A stretch of DNA of 64,000 nt from a virus. Lineage: Duplodnaviria > Caudoviricetes. The stretch lies in the IMG/VR virus record IMGVR_UViG_3300036793_000172, positions 1-64,000 of that record; one strand, 5' to 3'. Shown piece after piece: positions 8,284 to 18,294 of this stretch. The first letter of the stretch is position 1; each line of letters begins with the position of its first letter. A program made the position numbers and the translations under genes. Below the pieces are notes generated by a model. It saw only the letters and a program-made list of their open reading frames with translations, was not told the DNA's origin and made no database searches.

Positions 8284-9825
8284 TCAACCCACCCGCCACA
8301 CCCGGAACACAGCCGGGCGGACGGCCGGGTCCAAGACCCTCGTCGCGTTCTCGTTGTTGTAGAAGTAGGCGCACAAAGTCGCCCCGGCGGTCAAGTACAA
8401 CGTGGTCGCGGTGGACGAGGAGGTCTGGCCGTCGCCGAACGTCGGTGCCGAGAGCCACGCGGTACCGGCGGCCGGGTTGGACGAAGAGTTGTGGATGCCC
8501 ACGCCCCAGTTGCCGGTCGAGGAGAAGCCGGTGCCGACGCCCGCGTACGCGGAATAGAGGCCCGCCGTCACGACAGTGAAGGTGTTCGAGCCGTTCCAGG
8601 TGATCCCCGAAGCGGCCTGGAGCGCGCCACCGAAGGTGATCCTCGTCGCGCCCGAGGCGGCCACCGTCTGCTGCGCGTTGCTCGTGTACGCGCCACCGAT
8701 CAGGGTAGTGGCCGCCGTGAGCTGCGATTGGGCCGTGGAGAGGCCCGTCTCCACGTTGGTGATGCGGGTCAGGGTGGCCGGGTTGTCGGCGTGGGTGTGG
8801 TCGTTGCGGGCCGCGAAGACACCTGTCCCGACCGCGTTGGAGGAACCCACGCTGGACGGTGCCGTGGACGCCAGGGGCAGCGCGCCGTCGGCGAACGCCA
8901 GGGTCTCCACCGATCCGGCCTCGACGGCGCTGGCGACAATGGCCTTCTGGATGGGATCGGTTCGGGTGGTGAGGTTCGTGTTCACCAGGACGAACGTCGA
9001 GTTGTTCGACTGGGCGTTGATGGACTCGACGTTGGTGGTGCCGGTCAGGCCGGACACGGTTCCGGTGGAGTCGACCGTGAGTCCGGCCGAGGTCAGCTCG
9101 GAAGCGACCCGGCGGAACGCTGACCCCTGCGCGGCGGCACCGGCGGTCAGCACGATCTGGGTGGTGGCCGAGGCGTCGGGGAAGCCGTCGTAGTAGACCT
9201 GGGGCAGCTTCATCGCGGAGAACGCCGCCGCCACTCCGGCGAACATGGAACCGGCGTGCAGCGACACGTCAGCGAGGCCGCTCTGGGCGTCCCGGTGGGC
9301 ACCGGCGAGCATCAGGAGCGTGCCGGGCACCTGCTGCCAGTGCTGGAGTGCCTGGTCGGCCGAGTACAGCGCGGAGACCGGGTGCGGGCATCCGACGACA
9401 AGCCGGATCGGGTTCGTGACATCGACCAGGTACAGGCCCCATCCCCGGTCGGTGCCGAACTCGCTGTAGGCCATGACGTAGGACTTCTTGCTGACCGAGT
9501 CGACGCCGGAGGTCAGCGTGAAACCCAACGGGGTGAGCAGGCTCGTGGCGTCGGCGCCGGGGATGGCGATCCGGATGAGCCCGGCGACGCCGTTGGTCTT
9601 CTCGGTCGAGGTGGGTTCCCGGTACAGCTGGGCGGAGCTGAAGTTGCCGGTGAACTGGGCGATCATCGCGGTCAGGTCGGTGCCGGGCGGCGGCATGGCC
9701 GCCACGGCGGTGGACGCGTCGGTCGCGGCTGCGAAGAGACCGTCCTCGATGTGGTTCAGCCGGTCGGCGCTGATCGGGGTGAGGCCTGCGGTCCCGTCCG
9801 CCCAGCTCTGCTTGGTGTAGGTCAC
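8284..9825 (-). CDS. Tail fibre/receptor-binding-type minor tail protein, 513 aa
   Basis: N-terminal YTKQSWADG..G.TPISADRLNHIEDG anchor motif, a central alpha/beta domain, a coiled-coil stretch and a C1q-like beta-rich tip. Last gene of the tail operon. Confidence 0.7.
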   Translation of the reverse strand: MTYTKQSWADGTAGLTPISADRLNHIEDGLFAAATDASTAVAAMPPPGTDLTAMIAQFTGNFSSAQLYREPTSTEKTNGVAGLIRIAIPGADATSLLTPLGFTLTSGVDSVSKKSYVMAYSEFGTDRGWGLYLVDVTNPIRLVVGCPHPVSALYSADQALQHWQQVPGTLLMLAGAHRDAQSGLADVSLHAGSMFAGVAAAFSAMKLPQVYYDGFPDASATTQIVLTAGAAAQGSAFRRVASELTSAGLTVDSTGTVSGLTGTTNVESINAQSNNSTFVLVNTNLTTRTDPIQKAIVASAVEAGSVETLAFADGALPLASTAPSSVGSSNAVGTGVFAARNDHTHADNPATLTRITNVETGLSTAQSQLTAATTLIGGAYTSNAQQTVAASGATRITFGGALQAASGITWNGSNTFTVVTAGLYSAYAGVGTGFSSTGNWGVGIHNSSSNPAAGTAWLSAPTFGDGQTSSSTATTLYLTAGATLCAYFYNNENATRVLDPAVRPAVFRVWRVG

Positions 9826-12800
9826 GCGGTGCCTCCGGGGTAGAGATCAGTGCTCGGGTAGACGTTCGTATCGGGGTAGAGAGTTCCTGATGCCTGCGGG
9901 GCCACCGGTACGCCGGACTGGTTGCCGAGGACGCGGAACTTGTACCACCAGCTCCTCGGGATGGGGCTGTTCCAGGTCTGGAACCGGGAATCGTCGTAGA
10001 TCGATCCATAGTGGTCGTAGGCCATGACGTTCGGGCCGGTCGCCACGAGCCCGGTCCGGTGCGTGATGCCGGACAGCGTGCCGCCGTACCAGGGCCGGAT
10101 CACCAGGCTGGAGATCGTCGAGTTCGGTTCGTAGGACAGCACTCGCCACACGAGCGACGTTCCGGGCTTCTGGTTCGGGTCGACCGCCGTCGCAGTGGCG
10201 GGCGGGAACAGCAAGACGCCGTCGGGGTTGTTGCGGATGTCGAACGCTGGGTAGAAGACGTAGCCGCCGTCGCGGCTGAAGAACCAGAGGACCGGGTCGG
10301 CGTACACCGAGAGGGTATCGATGTCCCACTTGTCGGTCGACGGTCCCTTCTGGACGATTCGGGCCCGGTACTTCGGTGCCGAGACGAGCCGTCCCCGGGT
10401 GATCTGGTTGTAGGTGAAGGTGTTCTGGTGCGTCACGTTGGCCCATGTCGGGCTCTGAGCGGTCTGTGCGACGTTGGTGGCGTCGGGCGCCCAGTTGAAG
10501 GTCCGGAAGCTCGTGTCGAGCGTGTAGGAGGCGCCTCCGGGCCGGGAACCACCGGTGGGGTCGTAGAGGTCGCCTGCGAGTCCGCGCTTGGTGCCGGTCC
10601 ACTGCTGGCTGCTGGTCGAGAAGAACGTGCCGGTGATCGACCCGTTGACCTTGCCGACCATCACCCGGGGGAAGACGGTCGGGTCGATACCGCCCCGGTT
10701 CGCCGGTGCCAGGTTGTAGACGCTGAGGAACTGCACCGTGAGGATCGCGTTCGTCGGCAGCGGGGCAGTGAACAGGGTCGCGCCGGACTGCACGACACCG
10801 TTCACCACGATCCGGCCCTGGTAGTCCACGAAGACCTGGTTGTCGTAGTCCAGGCAGAGGATGTACCCGTGGCGGCCGTTGGGCTGCGTCGAGCCGAAGG
10901 TCCCGGCGATGTTGCGCAAGTAGACGGTCATCGTGCCGTCCCACACGCCGGTGTCGATCCAGAAGACCGATCCGTTGGCCGCCGCCGTCAGCGGGCCGCC
11001 CGTGTCGTCGCGGCCGGTGGTCTCCACGGTCGTGGTGGTGTCCCAGGAACCGGTTGCGTGCCAGGTGTTCCCGACGTTGTCGGTCCACAGGGTCATGCTG
11101 GCCGTGTCGACCCAGGCCCCGTTGCCTGCGCGGGGGATGCTCGCGATCGTCGGGCCCGGGAGCGCGCCGTAGTCGGTCGGCTGCCACTTCCAGGAGAGGA
11201 ACTGCTGGTTGAGGCGTCCCTTGATCCTCGGCATCGTGCGGGCGCCGACCCCGTGCGAGAAGGTGCGCACCCAGGTGCCGTTCAGCGAGATCCGCAGGCT
11301 GTACGGCGTGTAGGCGGGATCTTGTCCTGCTGGCAAGGAATAGTCGGCCTGTCCCAACGGGACGTACTTGGTCGGCAGCACCTCGATCGAGATGGTGTCG
11401 TTGGCCGCGACGGCCCGTGCGGTGCCGTTGGTGGTGAGCACGTTGGCGCGCGTGCCGGGGAAGGCGTACCCGACGATGTTGTTGAGGACGCCCTGATCGT
11501 CGATGTACAGAGGCGAGAGCGCCGCGAGCATGACCTCGGCGGTGGCGCTGCTGCCCATGGTGCCGACCTGGAACGTCAGGGTGCCCCAGGGGCTTCCCAC
11601 GTCGATCCGGTTGTACTGGCCCTCGGATGTGACCACGGCCTTGTTCGAGGAGATCGCCAGTGAGATCGGGTTCCCGCTGTTGTCCAGCGGAGTTTCCCAG
11701 ATCTGGCCGCTGTCCATGGTTCCCAGCACTGTCGCGTTGGGACGGTGGAACGTGTCGGTGTAGGCGATCAGCGACGGGGCCGACTGGAAGTCCTCCCACC
11801 GGAACGGCAGGGTGCCGGTGCCGTCGTTGACGGTATAGGAGGTGTACCACTCCGCGACGGAGTTAGTGTGCACCTTCATGGAGGACTCGGAGACGATGTA
11901 CCCGGTGGCTTCCTCGTAGATCTGGACGTACAGCGGGGAAGTCAGGTCCTGGGGAGCGCTGACGCGGGCCGCCGCGTAGATCCGGCCGCCGCCGGGCACC
12001 GCGACCGCGCCCGAGGTGATGCCGCCGGAGTCGGCCGGGTTCATGGTGCCCTGCTGCACCATGTCGAAGGTGTCGTTGAGAACCGTGATCGAGTTCCACG
12101 TCGTGTAGAAGGCCGTGACGCCATCCCACGTGAGCGGCGGCAGCGAGCGGTCCACCCGGGCCGAGGAGCCGAGCACCTGGTCGACCTTGGGCGTCACCGA
12201 CAGAACCGCGTCGCCGACCGCGTCCCAGGACGACTGGCTCGGGTCGAGGAAATCGTCGTCGGGCAGCAGCTGCTTGGGGTCCGACTGCTGCGCGGCGAAC
12301 TGGATCGCGGTGAGGACCCGGTTGCTGGCCATCGGCTTGCTGCGCAGCTCCGAGAAGTACGCCTGTCCGGACACCATCTGGTGGTCGGCGGTCAGCGTCC
12401 AGTTCGTCGCGTTGTCAAGGTTTTCGGTGTCGTAGAACAGCTCCGTGTACTGCGGAGTGTCGTCTGTGGACGCATAACTGAGCCGGTACGCCTGAAGCGA
12501 GCGCAGGCCGACGAAGTACCCCATCTTGGACTGCGCCTGATAGTCGATCACTTCGTACTGGTGCGGGCCTGCCTGCTCGAACGCCGGGGTGACGTTGATC
12601 GGGTGCAGCGGGAGGAAGTTCCAGGCCCAGTAGGAACCGCCGACGCGCGAGCGCACCTCGGCGTCGGTGAGAACCCGGGCGGTGGTGTTGGTGAAGCTCT
12701 TGCCGTTGTTGCCGGTGCCGACGTAGACGGTCTGGTTGTTGTTCAGCGCCGTGGCCATGCCGCTGACGGTGAGGCTGTCGTTCAGGCCCGGGACGATGGC

Positions 12801-14660
12801 CTGCTTGGCGCTCTGGGTCAGATCGGTCGGCGTGCCGGACACCCACATTCCCTGCGGGAAGGTCTGCACCTGCTTGTTGATCGGCTTGTAGACCTCGTAC
12901 ACCTGAGGCGAGAGGTTGCAGAACTCGAACTTCCACCACTTCGCCTTGGTGGGGTCGAAGTACATGTATCCGGACCTGAGCACGAAGTCGCGGAGGATGG
13001 GCGTCCAGCTGAGGTCTGCGTACCGGTCCGGCGCGCCGCCGATCATGCCCGATCGGTAGTCGACGGTCCAGAAGGTCGGGTTGTAGCGCAGGAGCGCGTT
13101 GTCGGTCTTCGGGTCGTTGACGCCCATGAAGGTCGACGCGAGGACGTAGGGGTCCGGGTCGGCCAGGAAGTCGATCGAGATGTCGTCGGTGAGCACGTCG
13201 TCGACCTTCAGCACGAAGTCGCTGAGGGTGAAGTCGCCGGTCTGGGGTGCGAGCTGCTGGAACCCTCCGAACCGCAGTGTGCTCACCGAATCCTGAAGGG
13301 GCACCGAGACTTTCTGCGAGTTCGAGTACCGCAGGATGGTGCCGACGAGCACGTTCATCCGCAGGTTCGTGCCGTCGTAGCCAACGGTGAACGTCATGGG
13401 GGTGGCCGGGTCGAAGGCGTCAATCGGCGTCAGCAACGAATCACCGTGCACTGTGGACAGAAGCAGTCCGGCCGGGGTCATCGCGATCAGGAACTCGCCG
13501 CAGTCGAAGATCGGGCTGTCGGTGGACTGGGTTCCGTTGGCGAACTTGAAGTTGAGCTTCGCGCCGATCCACCACGAGTGACTCGGCTGGAAATCGATGG
13601 CGGTGTTGTTCACATCGACGAAGGCGATGGTGCCGACGGGGGCGGTCGAGTGCAGCACATCGCCCGAGATGCCCTGGTCGTTGTGCACGATCGCCACACC
13701 GTCCGGCAAGGGATCCGACGGTGCGCGGAAGGCCGAGGTGGGGTTGTCGTTGGAGTAGTAGAGGTTGCACGTCGGTCCGTTGTAGAGCGGGTCGATGTAG
13801 AACCGATCCAGGACCTGGGCGTCTCCGCCGTCGTCGCGGCCGTCCACGTAGAAGTTCACCACGGCCCACGGGATCGGCTGTGGCTGGCTCTTCCAGACGG
13901 TAGTGAGGGCGTTCTGGTCCGTGGCCGGGGGCCGCAGGACGTTCTTGGCCTCGTTCACGCGCACGGAGAAGTTGACCACCGAGCCGAACAGGTCGGTGGT
14001 GGAGGCGAAGGTGTCCCGCGTCGCGGAGTCCGGGTTCGGCGGCTGGTAGGGCACGTCGCCCAGGCTGCCGACCGAGTAGCCCACGTAGAAGTTCCGGACC
14101 GCCAGCGAGTAGTCGACCTTCTCGCCGAACGGGCTCGTCGGAGCGTTCCCGTCGGTGGTGCGGGTCAGCAGGATCCGGATGTTGTCTGTCTCGATGGGAC
14201 GGATGGAGAACTCGGCATCACGCCAGTGGTTCGAGAAGCTGTGCTGCGGGTGCAGGTGGCCGGTGATGGAGCTGATCAGTGGAAGCACCTGTGGTGCGGA
14301 GTCGACCACTCGGTAGGTGATCGGCACGGGGTTCGCGTACGCGCCTTCGAGCATCGGCACCCACGCCCGGACGCCGTTGTCGTAGTACTCGACCATCACG
14401 GAGTGCGGGAAGATCGCCACGTCGAAGGAGATCTTGTTGATCGTCCTGGTCGAGGCGAGGGTGATTTGCAAGACTTCGGTCGTCGTGTCGGTGGCCGGTC
14501 GTGTGGGTGTGGACCAGAACCGCTGGGTGTCGGTCGACTGCTGCGCCTGAGTGCTGCTGCCGCTCTGCGCCACCGCACTGTTGAGCGACGCCATGGACAT
14601 GTTGTCTGTCCATGTCGGAGCGACTGAGCTGCCATTGGGCGAGTTGGCGGGAGTGGTCAT
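9822..14660 (-). CDS. Large baseplate/minor tail protein with discoidin- and lectin-like beta domains, 1612 aa
   Basis: Position after the baseplate wedge genes. T/G/D-rich beta composition. N-terminal RFWST...VLQITL...INKISFD pattern. Overlapping start and stop with neighbours. Confidence 0.7.
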   Translation of the reverse strand: MTTPANSPNGSSVAPTWTDNMSMASLNSAVAQSGSSTQAQQSTDTQRFWSTPTRPATDTTTEVLQITLASTRTINKISFDVAIFPHSVMVEYYDNGVRAWVPMLEGAYANPVPITYRVVDSAPQVLPLISSITGHLHPQHSFSNHWRDAEFSIRPIETDNIRILLTRTTDGNAPTSPFGEKVDYSLAVRNFYVGYSVGSLGDVPYQPPNPDSATRDTFASTTDLFGSVVNFSVRVNEAKNVLRPPATDQNALTTVWKSQPQPIPWAVVNFYVDGRDDGGDAQVLDRFYIDPLYNGPTCNLYYSNDNPTSAFRAPSDPLPDGVAIVHNDQGISGDVLHSTAPVGTIAFVDVNNTAIDFQPSHSWWIGAKLNFKFANGTQSTDSPIFDCGEFLIAMTPAGLLLSTVHGDSLLTPIDAFDPATPMTFTVGYDGTNLRMNVLVGTILRYSNSQKVSVPLQDSVSTLRFGGFQQLAPQTGDFTLSDFVLKVDDVLTDDISIDFLADPDPYVLASTFMGVNDPKTDNALLRYNPTFWTVDYRSGMIGGAPDRYADLSWTPILRDFVLRSGYMYFDPTKAKWWKFEFCNLSPQVYEVYKPINKQVQTFPQGMWVSGTPTDLTQSAKQAIVPGLNDSLTVSGMATALNNNQTVYVGTGNNGKSFTNTTARVLTDAEVRSRVGGSYWAWNFLPLHPINVTPAFEQAGPHQYEVIDYQAQSKMGYFVGLRSLQAYRLSYASTDDTPQYTELFYDTENLDNATNWTLTADHQMVSGQAYFSELRSKPMASNRVLTAIQFAAQQSDPKQLLPDDDFLDPSQSSWDAVGDAVLSVTPKVDQVLGSSARVDRSLPPLTWDGVTAFYTTWNSITVLNDTFDMVQQGTMNPADSGGITSGAVAVPGGGRIYAAARVSAPQDLTSPLYVQIYEEATGYIVSESSMKVHTNSVAEWYTSYTVNDGTGTLPFRWEDFQSAPSLIAYTDTFHRPNATVLGTMDSGQIWETPLDNSGNPISLAISSNKAVVTSEGQYNRIDVGSPWGTLTFQVGTMGSSATAEVMLAALSPLYIDDQGVLNNIVGYAFPGTRANVLTTNGTARAVAANDTISIEVLPTKYVPLGQADYSLPAGQDPAYTPYSLRISLNGTWVRTFSHGVGARTMPRIKGRLNQQFLSWKWQPTDYGALPGPTIASIPRAGNGAWVDTASMTLWTDNVGNTWHATGSWDTTTTVETTGRDDTGGPLTAAANGSVFWIDTGVWDGTMTVYLRNIAGTFGSTQPNGRHGYILCLDYDNQVFVDYQGRIVVNGVVQSGATLFTAPLPTNAILTVQFLSVYNLAPANRGGIDPTVFPRVMVGKVNGSITGTFFSTSSQQWTGTKRGLAGDLYDPTGGSRPGGASYTLDTSFRTFNWAPDATNVAQTAQSPTWANVTHQNTFTYNQITRGRLVSAPKYRARIVQKGPSTDKWDIDTLSVYADPVLWFFSRDGGYVFYPAFDIRNNPDGVLLFPPATATAVDPNQKPGTSLVWRVLSYEPNSTISSLVIRPWYGGTLSGITHRTGLVATGPNVMAYDHYGSIYDDSRFQTWNSPIPRSWWYKFRVLGNQSGVPVAPQASGTLYPDTNVYPSTDLYPGGTA

Positions 14661-15976
14661 GCTGGCGTCACCACCGTGGCCGTGTTGATGGAGCTTCGTG
14701 TCGGCGCGTACGGCATCGCGGTCATCACGCCGTCGTCGACCACACGGGCCGACAGGGCCTGCCCTGGCGTCATCGACGCGTCAGCGGCCTGGTAGGAGTG
14801 CGACGTGCCGTCGGAGTACACCACCAGCTCGTCATCGGTGGAGGAGATGACCGTTTCCCCGTTCAGTGCGTAGGACTTCGCGGCGGTGATGTCGTTGTTG
14901 TAGGACCACTCCTCGCCCTGGTACTGCGAGAAGGGCGGTCGCTGCTGGGGCAGCACCGGTGGCACCTCTTGCTGCGTCGACCCGTACGAGGTGCTGGTCT
15001 GGTACGGGTTGTACGAGAGGTTCGGGTTGATCACGATGTTCGGCGTGATCTCCCAGTACTCCGAGGACGCCGCCACGTTCCGGATGTTGATCGGGACGCT
15101 GATGCTCAGGCCCGAGTTGTCCACAGTGAACTGTGACCCGGCGGGCTTGAAGACGTTCATCACCCGGACCAGCTCGTACTGCTCGTCGATCGACAGCGGG
15201 CGCTTCGGGTGCAGCACGAAGTCCGACCGGGTGCTCTGCCCGGTGCGGCCGATGAACAGCTTCGTGGCACCGCCCCAGTCGCCCCAGGTGCGCTTCTCCA
15301 TGGCGGAGAAGGTGCCGATGTTCGTCTGGAGGAAGTTCCACGAGTAGGTGAGGGTGGAGCTGTTCATCAGCCCGGAGTTCTGCTCGTCGAGCCAGTCCCA
15401 GGCCTCGTACACGTCGACATCGATGTTGCACAAGGCCTGGGCCATGGACTTGATGCCCATGATCGACGCGCCCCAGGGGATGGTCTTGGCGAACTTGACC
15501 AGCCGCTCGCGGTAGCTCGCGTCGCGCGAGTGCAGGTCGTCCCACTCTTCCGAGCTGGCCGCGTCGCTGTAGGGGTCGAAGGAGAAGTTCGGCTGCAACT
15601 CGGCCTTGGTCCGCTGGATGCCGAAGAGGGCTCCGTAGAACCGATCCAGGTCCAGGAAGTGCATTCCGTTGAATCCATTTTGGAGCCTGGCCACAGCCAT
15701 CTGCTTGCGCAGGCCGCCTGCACCGGACGCGCCGAGCAAGACCTTCAGCAGCTTCACCAGATGCGAGGTGTCGCGCAGGTCGTAGATGTTCGGGTCCATG
15801 TGCCCGAGCCGGTCCATCACCCGGCGGTCGGGGACGATCGGGTCGGACACCGTGATGACGCCCTGGCTGATCTGCGGCTGGTTCGTGCCCAGCTGCATGC
15901 TCATCAGGTCTTGCGCGGCCGAGCTGGTGAAGCTCTCGAAGAAGCTCGGGACGTTGGCGAAGAGGTTGTCGGCCAT
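14657..15976 (-). CDS. Baseplate wedge protein (P2 gpI-like position), 439 aa
   Basis: Follows the baseplate J-like gene. LDRFYGALFGIQR, DASYRERL and FKPAG motifs are typical of wedge subunits. Confidence 0.65.
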   Translation of the reverse strand: MADNLFANVPSFFESFTSSAAQDLMSMQLGTNQPQISQGVITVSDPIVPDRRVMDRLGHMDPNIYDLRDTSHLVKLLKVLLGASGAGGLRKQMAVARLQNGFNGMHFLDLDRFYGALFGIQRTKAELQPNFSFDPYSDAASSEEWDDLHSRDASYRERLVKFAKTIPWGASIMGIKSMAQALCNIDVDVYEAWDWLDEQNSGLMNSSTLTYSWNFLQTNIGTFSAMEKRTWGDWGGATKLFIGRTGQSTRSDFVLHPKRPLSIDEQYELVRVMNVFKPAGSQFTVDNSGLSISVPINIRNVAASSEYWEITPNIVINPNLSYNPYQTSTSYGSTQQEVPPVLPQQRPPFSQYQGEEWSYNNDITAAKSYALNGETVISSTDDELVVYSDGTSHSYQAADASMTPGQALSARVVDDGVMTAMPYAPTRSSINTATVVTPA

Positions 15977-15977
15977 G

Positions 15978-17810
15978 TCACGCTCCCGTCATAAACGTGT
16001 TCCTGGCCCTCTGGATAACGCGCAGCGAGTTGAAGATCGGGTACTGGGCGTCGGAGAACGACACGTCGATCGCCCGGCCTCCGGTGGCGTAGACGCTCGT
16101 CTGCGTCGTGCCGTCGTAGGGGGAGATGGCGCACATCGCATAGGACGACGAGTCGTCGGTGCTCGTGAGGAACCGCACGTTGTCCACGCCCGGGACATTG
16201 TGGACGGTCTGGAGCACGTCGGAGACCTGGAGCTGAGCGTTGAAGCCGATGCTGTTGACCATGGCCGACAACGCGGTGCTGATGGCCGTGTTCACCGCCG
16301 TGGGGTCGTAGGCCCTGCTGTAGACGATGGCGAAGTTGAACTTGATCGGCACCCGCTTGCCCGCGTGCGCCTTGGCGTCGGTGCCCACGAGCCGCCACTG
16401 GTCGATGGCGTCCTGCACCATCCGGGCGACCTTGTTGTAGGTGTAGGAGATCGAGAAGGAGGAACCGTTCGCCGGGACGCGCGAGGTCTGCCACAAGAGC
16501 CCGTAGGCGCTGTTGGGGGCGAGACCGAAGGCGTCGTTGCGGCGAACGATCCAGTAGTCGGTGCCGAGGGTGTACGACGTCGAGGCGATCGAGAGGGTGC
16601 TCGGCACGCTGAGGATCGGGCCGAAGGCGAGCGGGACGAAGATGAACCCGTTGGGCGGTGTGGGGGTGGTGACGTTCGACGACTCGAAATACGCGTTGTA
16701 GTACGCCGACCCGGCCGTGGTGTTGTTGAACGTCACCGCGTTGCTGAACACGACGCTCTGCGTCGCCACGGTCGGCACCGAGCCGTTCACGTACACGTCG
16801 ATGCGGTTGTTCACCGCGCCGTTGGCGAACCGGGTGTTGCCGGGGTCGTTGCGGCTCGACTGCGGGATGTACTCGAAGTCGAGGTCGTAGAGGCCGTTCG
16901 GCATGTTCGCGCTGATCGAGGAGACGATCGCCGAGGCGTTGCTGCGGTCGCTCGGGTTCGACGGGGCGAAGGTGAAGTCCGCGCCCGGGATGAGGAAGCT
17001 GCCGCCGTCGATGTCTACGCCGCAGTAGACGTTGCTCGCGTAGATGTAGGCGGCGTTCTGCACCGTGGACGTGGCTGTCCCGGAGACGAGCTGGACCTGC
17101 TCCCGGTACCGCTTGCTCGACCCGATGACGTTCACGGCGCTCACGGCGAACGTGGAGGGCGTTGCGGGGTCCTGGAGCACCGACTGCGCGATGGCCGTGT
17201 ACATGGCCTGGGTGCCCGCCAGGGACCGGAACACGGTGGCCTTGAAGCGGGCGCGCAGGTCGTCGTCCGTCTCCTGGCCCGAGCCGCCGGAAAGCGGGTT
17301 GGCGTTGATGCACGTGGTGACGCCGTTGACCGAGGAGGCGATGGTGGTCAGCAGACCGGCCGCGACGTTGCCGGATGCTCCGGCCGTGACCGCCTGGACT
17401 GGTACGTCCACCGAGAGCTGGCCCGGGTTGAGGATGCTGCCGACGGTGGTCTGGACGTAGACCACTGGGTTGGTCTGGGCGAGCACCTGGGTGCCGGGAG
17501 CGATGACGGCCGCCGTGGTGGCGGCGAACTGGTCGTTGGGCCGGGTGAAGGTGACGACACCCTGTGCGCGCTGGGCCGGGATCCGGGTGATCCCGAACAA
17601 GGCGCAAAAGTCATCGAGGTCGCCGCCGACCTTGGAATCGATGTCGTACTGGTAAGTGATCAGGTGCTGATCGGAGTAGGCCTCGGCGATGGCTTCGCCG
17701 ACCGCGTCGAGGATCTTGCGGATCGGCGTGCCGATGGAGGTGTCGAGGTCGGGCTCGCTCGCCTGGAGCGCGGCGACCATGTTCGCGACGACATCGCTCG
17801 TGCTGGGCAT
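15978..17810 (-). CDS. Baseplate J-like wedge protein, 610 aa
   Basis: LDDFCALFGITR.PAQRAQGVVTF, VQAVTAGASGNV and GGSGQETDDDLRARF motifs. Confidence 0.88.
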   Translation of the reverse strand: MPSTSDVVANMVAALQASEPDLDTSIGTPIRKILDAVGEAIAEAYSDQHLITYQYDIDSKVGGDLDDFCALFGITRIPAQRAQGVVTFTRPNDQFAATTAAVIAPGTQVLAQTNPVVYVQTTVGSILNPGQLSVDVPVQAVTAGASGNVAAGLLTTIASSVNGVTTCINANPLSGGSGQETDDDLRARFKATVFRSLAGTQAMYTAIAQSVLQDPATPSTFAVSAVNVIGSSKRYREQVQLVSGTATSTVQNAAYIYASNVYCGVDIDGGSFLIPGADFTFAPSNPSDRSNASAIVSSISANMPNGLYDLDFEYIPQSSRNDPGNTRFANGAVNNRIDVYVNGSVPTVATQSVVFSNAVTFNNTTAGSAYYNAYFESSNVTTPTPPNGFIFVPLAFGPILSVPSTLSIASTSYTLGTDYWIVRRNDAFGLAPNSAYGLLWQTSRVPANGSSFSISYTYNKVARMVQDAIDQWRLVGTDAKAHAGKRVPIKFNFAIVYSRAYDPTAVNTAISTALSAMVNSIGFNAQLQVSDVLQTVHNVPGVDNVRFLTSTDDSSSYAMCAISPYDGTTQTSVYATGGRAIDVSFSDAQYPIFNSLRVIQRARNTFMTGA

Positions 17811-17812
17811 TT

Positions 17813-18244
17813 TTACACACTCACCTGGTTGGAGACGGTGACCGACTCACGGGCGAGCGTGGTCAGGGTGGCGGACAGGTAAATGGTGTCGAGCAGCGTG
17901 CGGACGGTGATGTTGTCGACGCTGCGGACCACGTCGGATGTGTCGTAAACCCCTTGCACGTCAACAACAGTATCCCGCAGAACCGACACCTGCTGGAGGA
18001 TGATGTAGTTCTGGAGCACGCGGTTCACCTCGGCCTGGACGAGCATCTGCATCTCCGGCGAGATCACCTGCCCCAGGTAGGACCGGATCGTCGATCCGTA
18101 GGCAGGGTGGAACCGGTCGAACCCGTACTCCTCGGTGAGGGCCAGTGTGAGGTCCTGCTTGATCCGCGCGGCGCCGGTGTACGTCAGGTATTGGCCAGTG
18201 CCGTTGATCGCCAGGTCCCCTTGCACGAGAGCAAGAGATTGCAT
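17813..18244 (-). CDS. gp25/GPW-like baseplate wedge protein, 143 aa
   Basis: GDL...RIKQDL..AL....G.DRFHPAYGS pattern. Directly upstream of the J-like gene. SD GAAGGGAGG before ATG 18244. Confidence 0.78.
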   Translation of the reverse strand: MQSLALVQGDLAINGTGQYLTYTGAARIKQDLTLALTEEYGFDRFHPAYGSTIRSYLGQVISPEMQMLVQAEVNRVLQNYIILQQVSVLRDTVVDVQGVYDTSDVVRSVDNITVRTLLDTIYLSATLTTLARESVTVSNQVSV

Positions 18245-18260
18245 CGGACCTCCCTTCACT

Positions 18261-18292
18261 TCTTATCTGCCCCATGCAGGGCTGCTGACAGG
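18261..18292 (-). promoter_or_regulatory. Late-promoter-like motif copy (CCTGT-N22-TAAGA)
   Basis: One of seven similarly spaced intergenic motifs upstream of structural genes. Confidence 0.55.
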
Positions 18293-18294
18293 CC

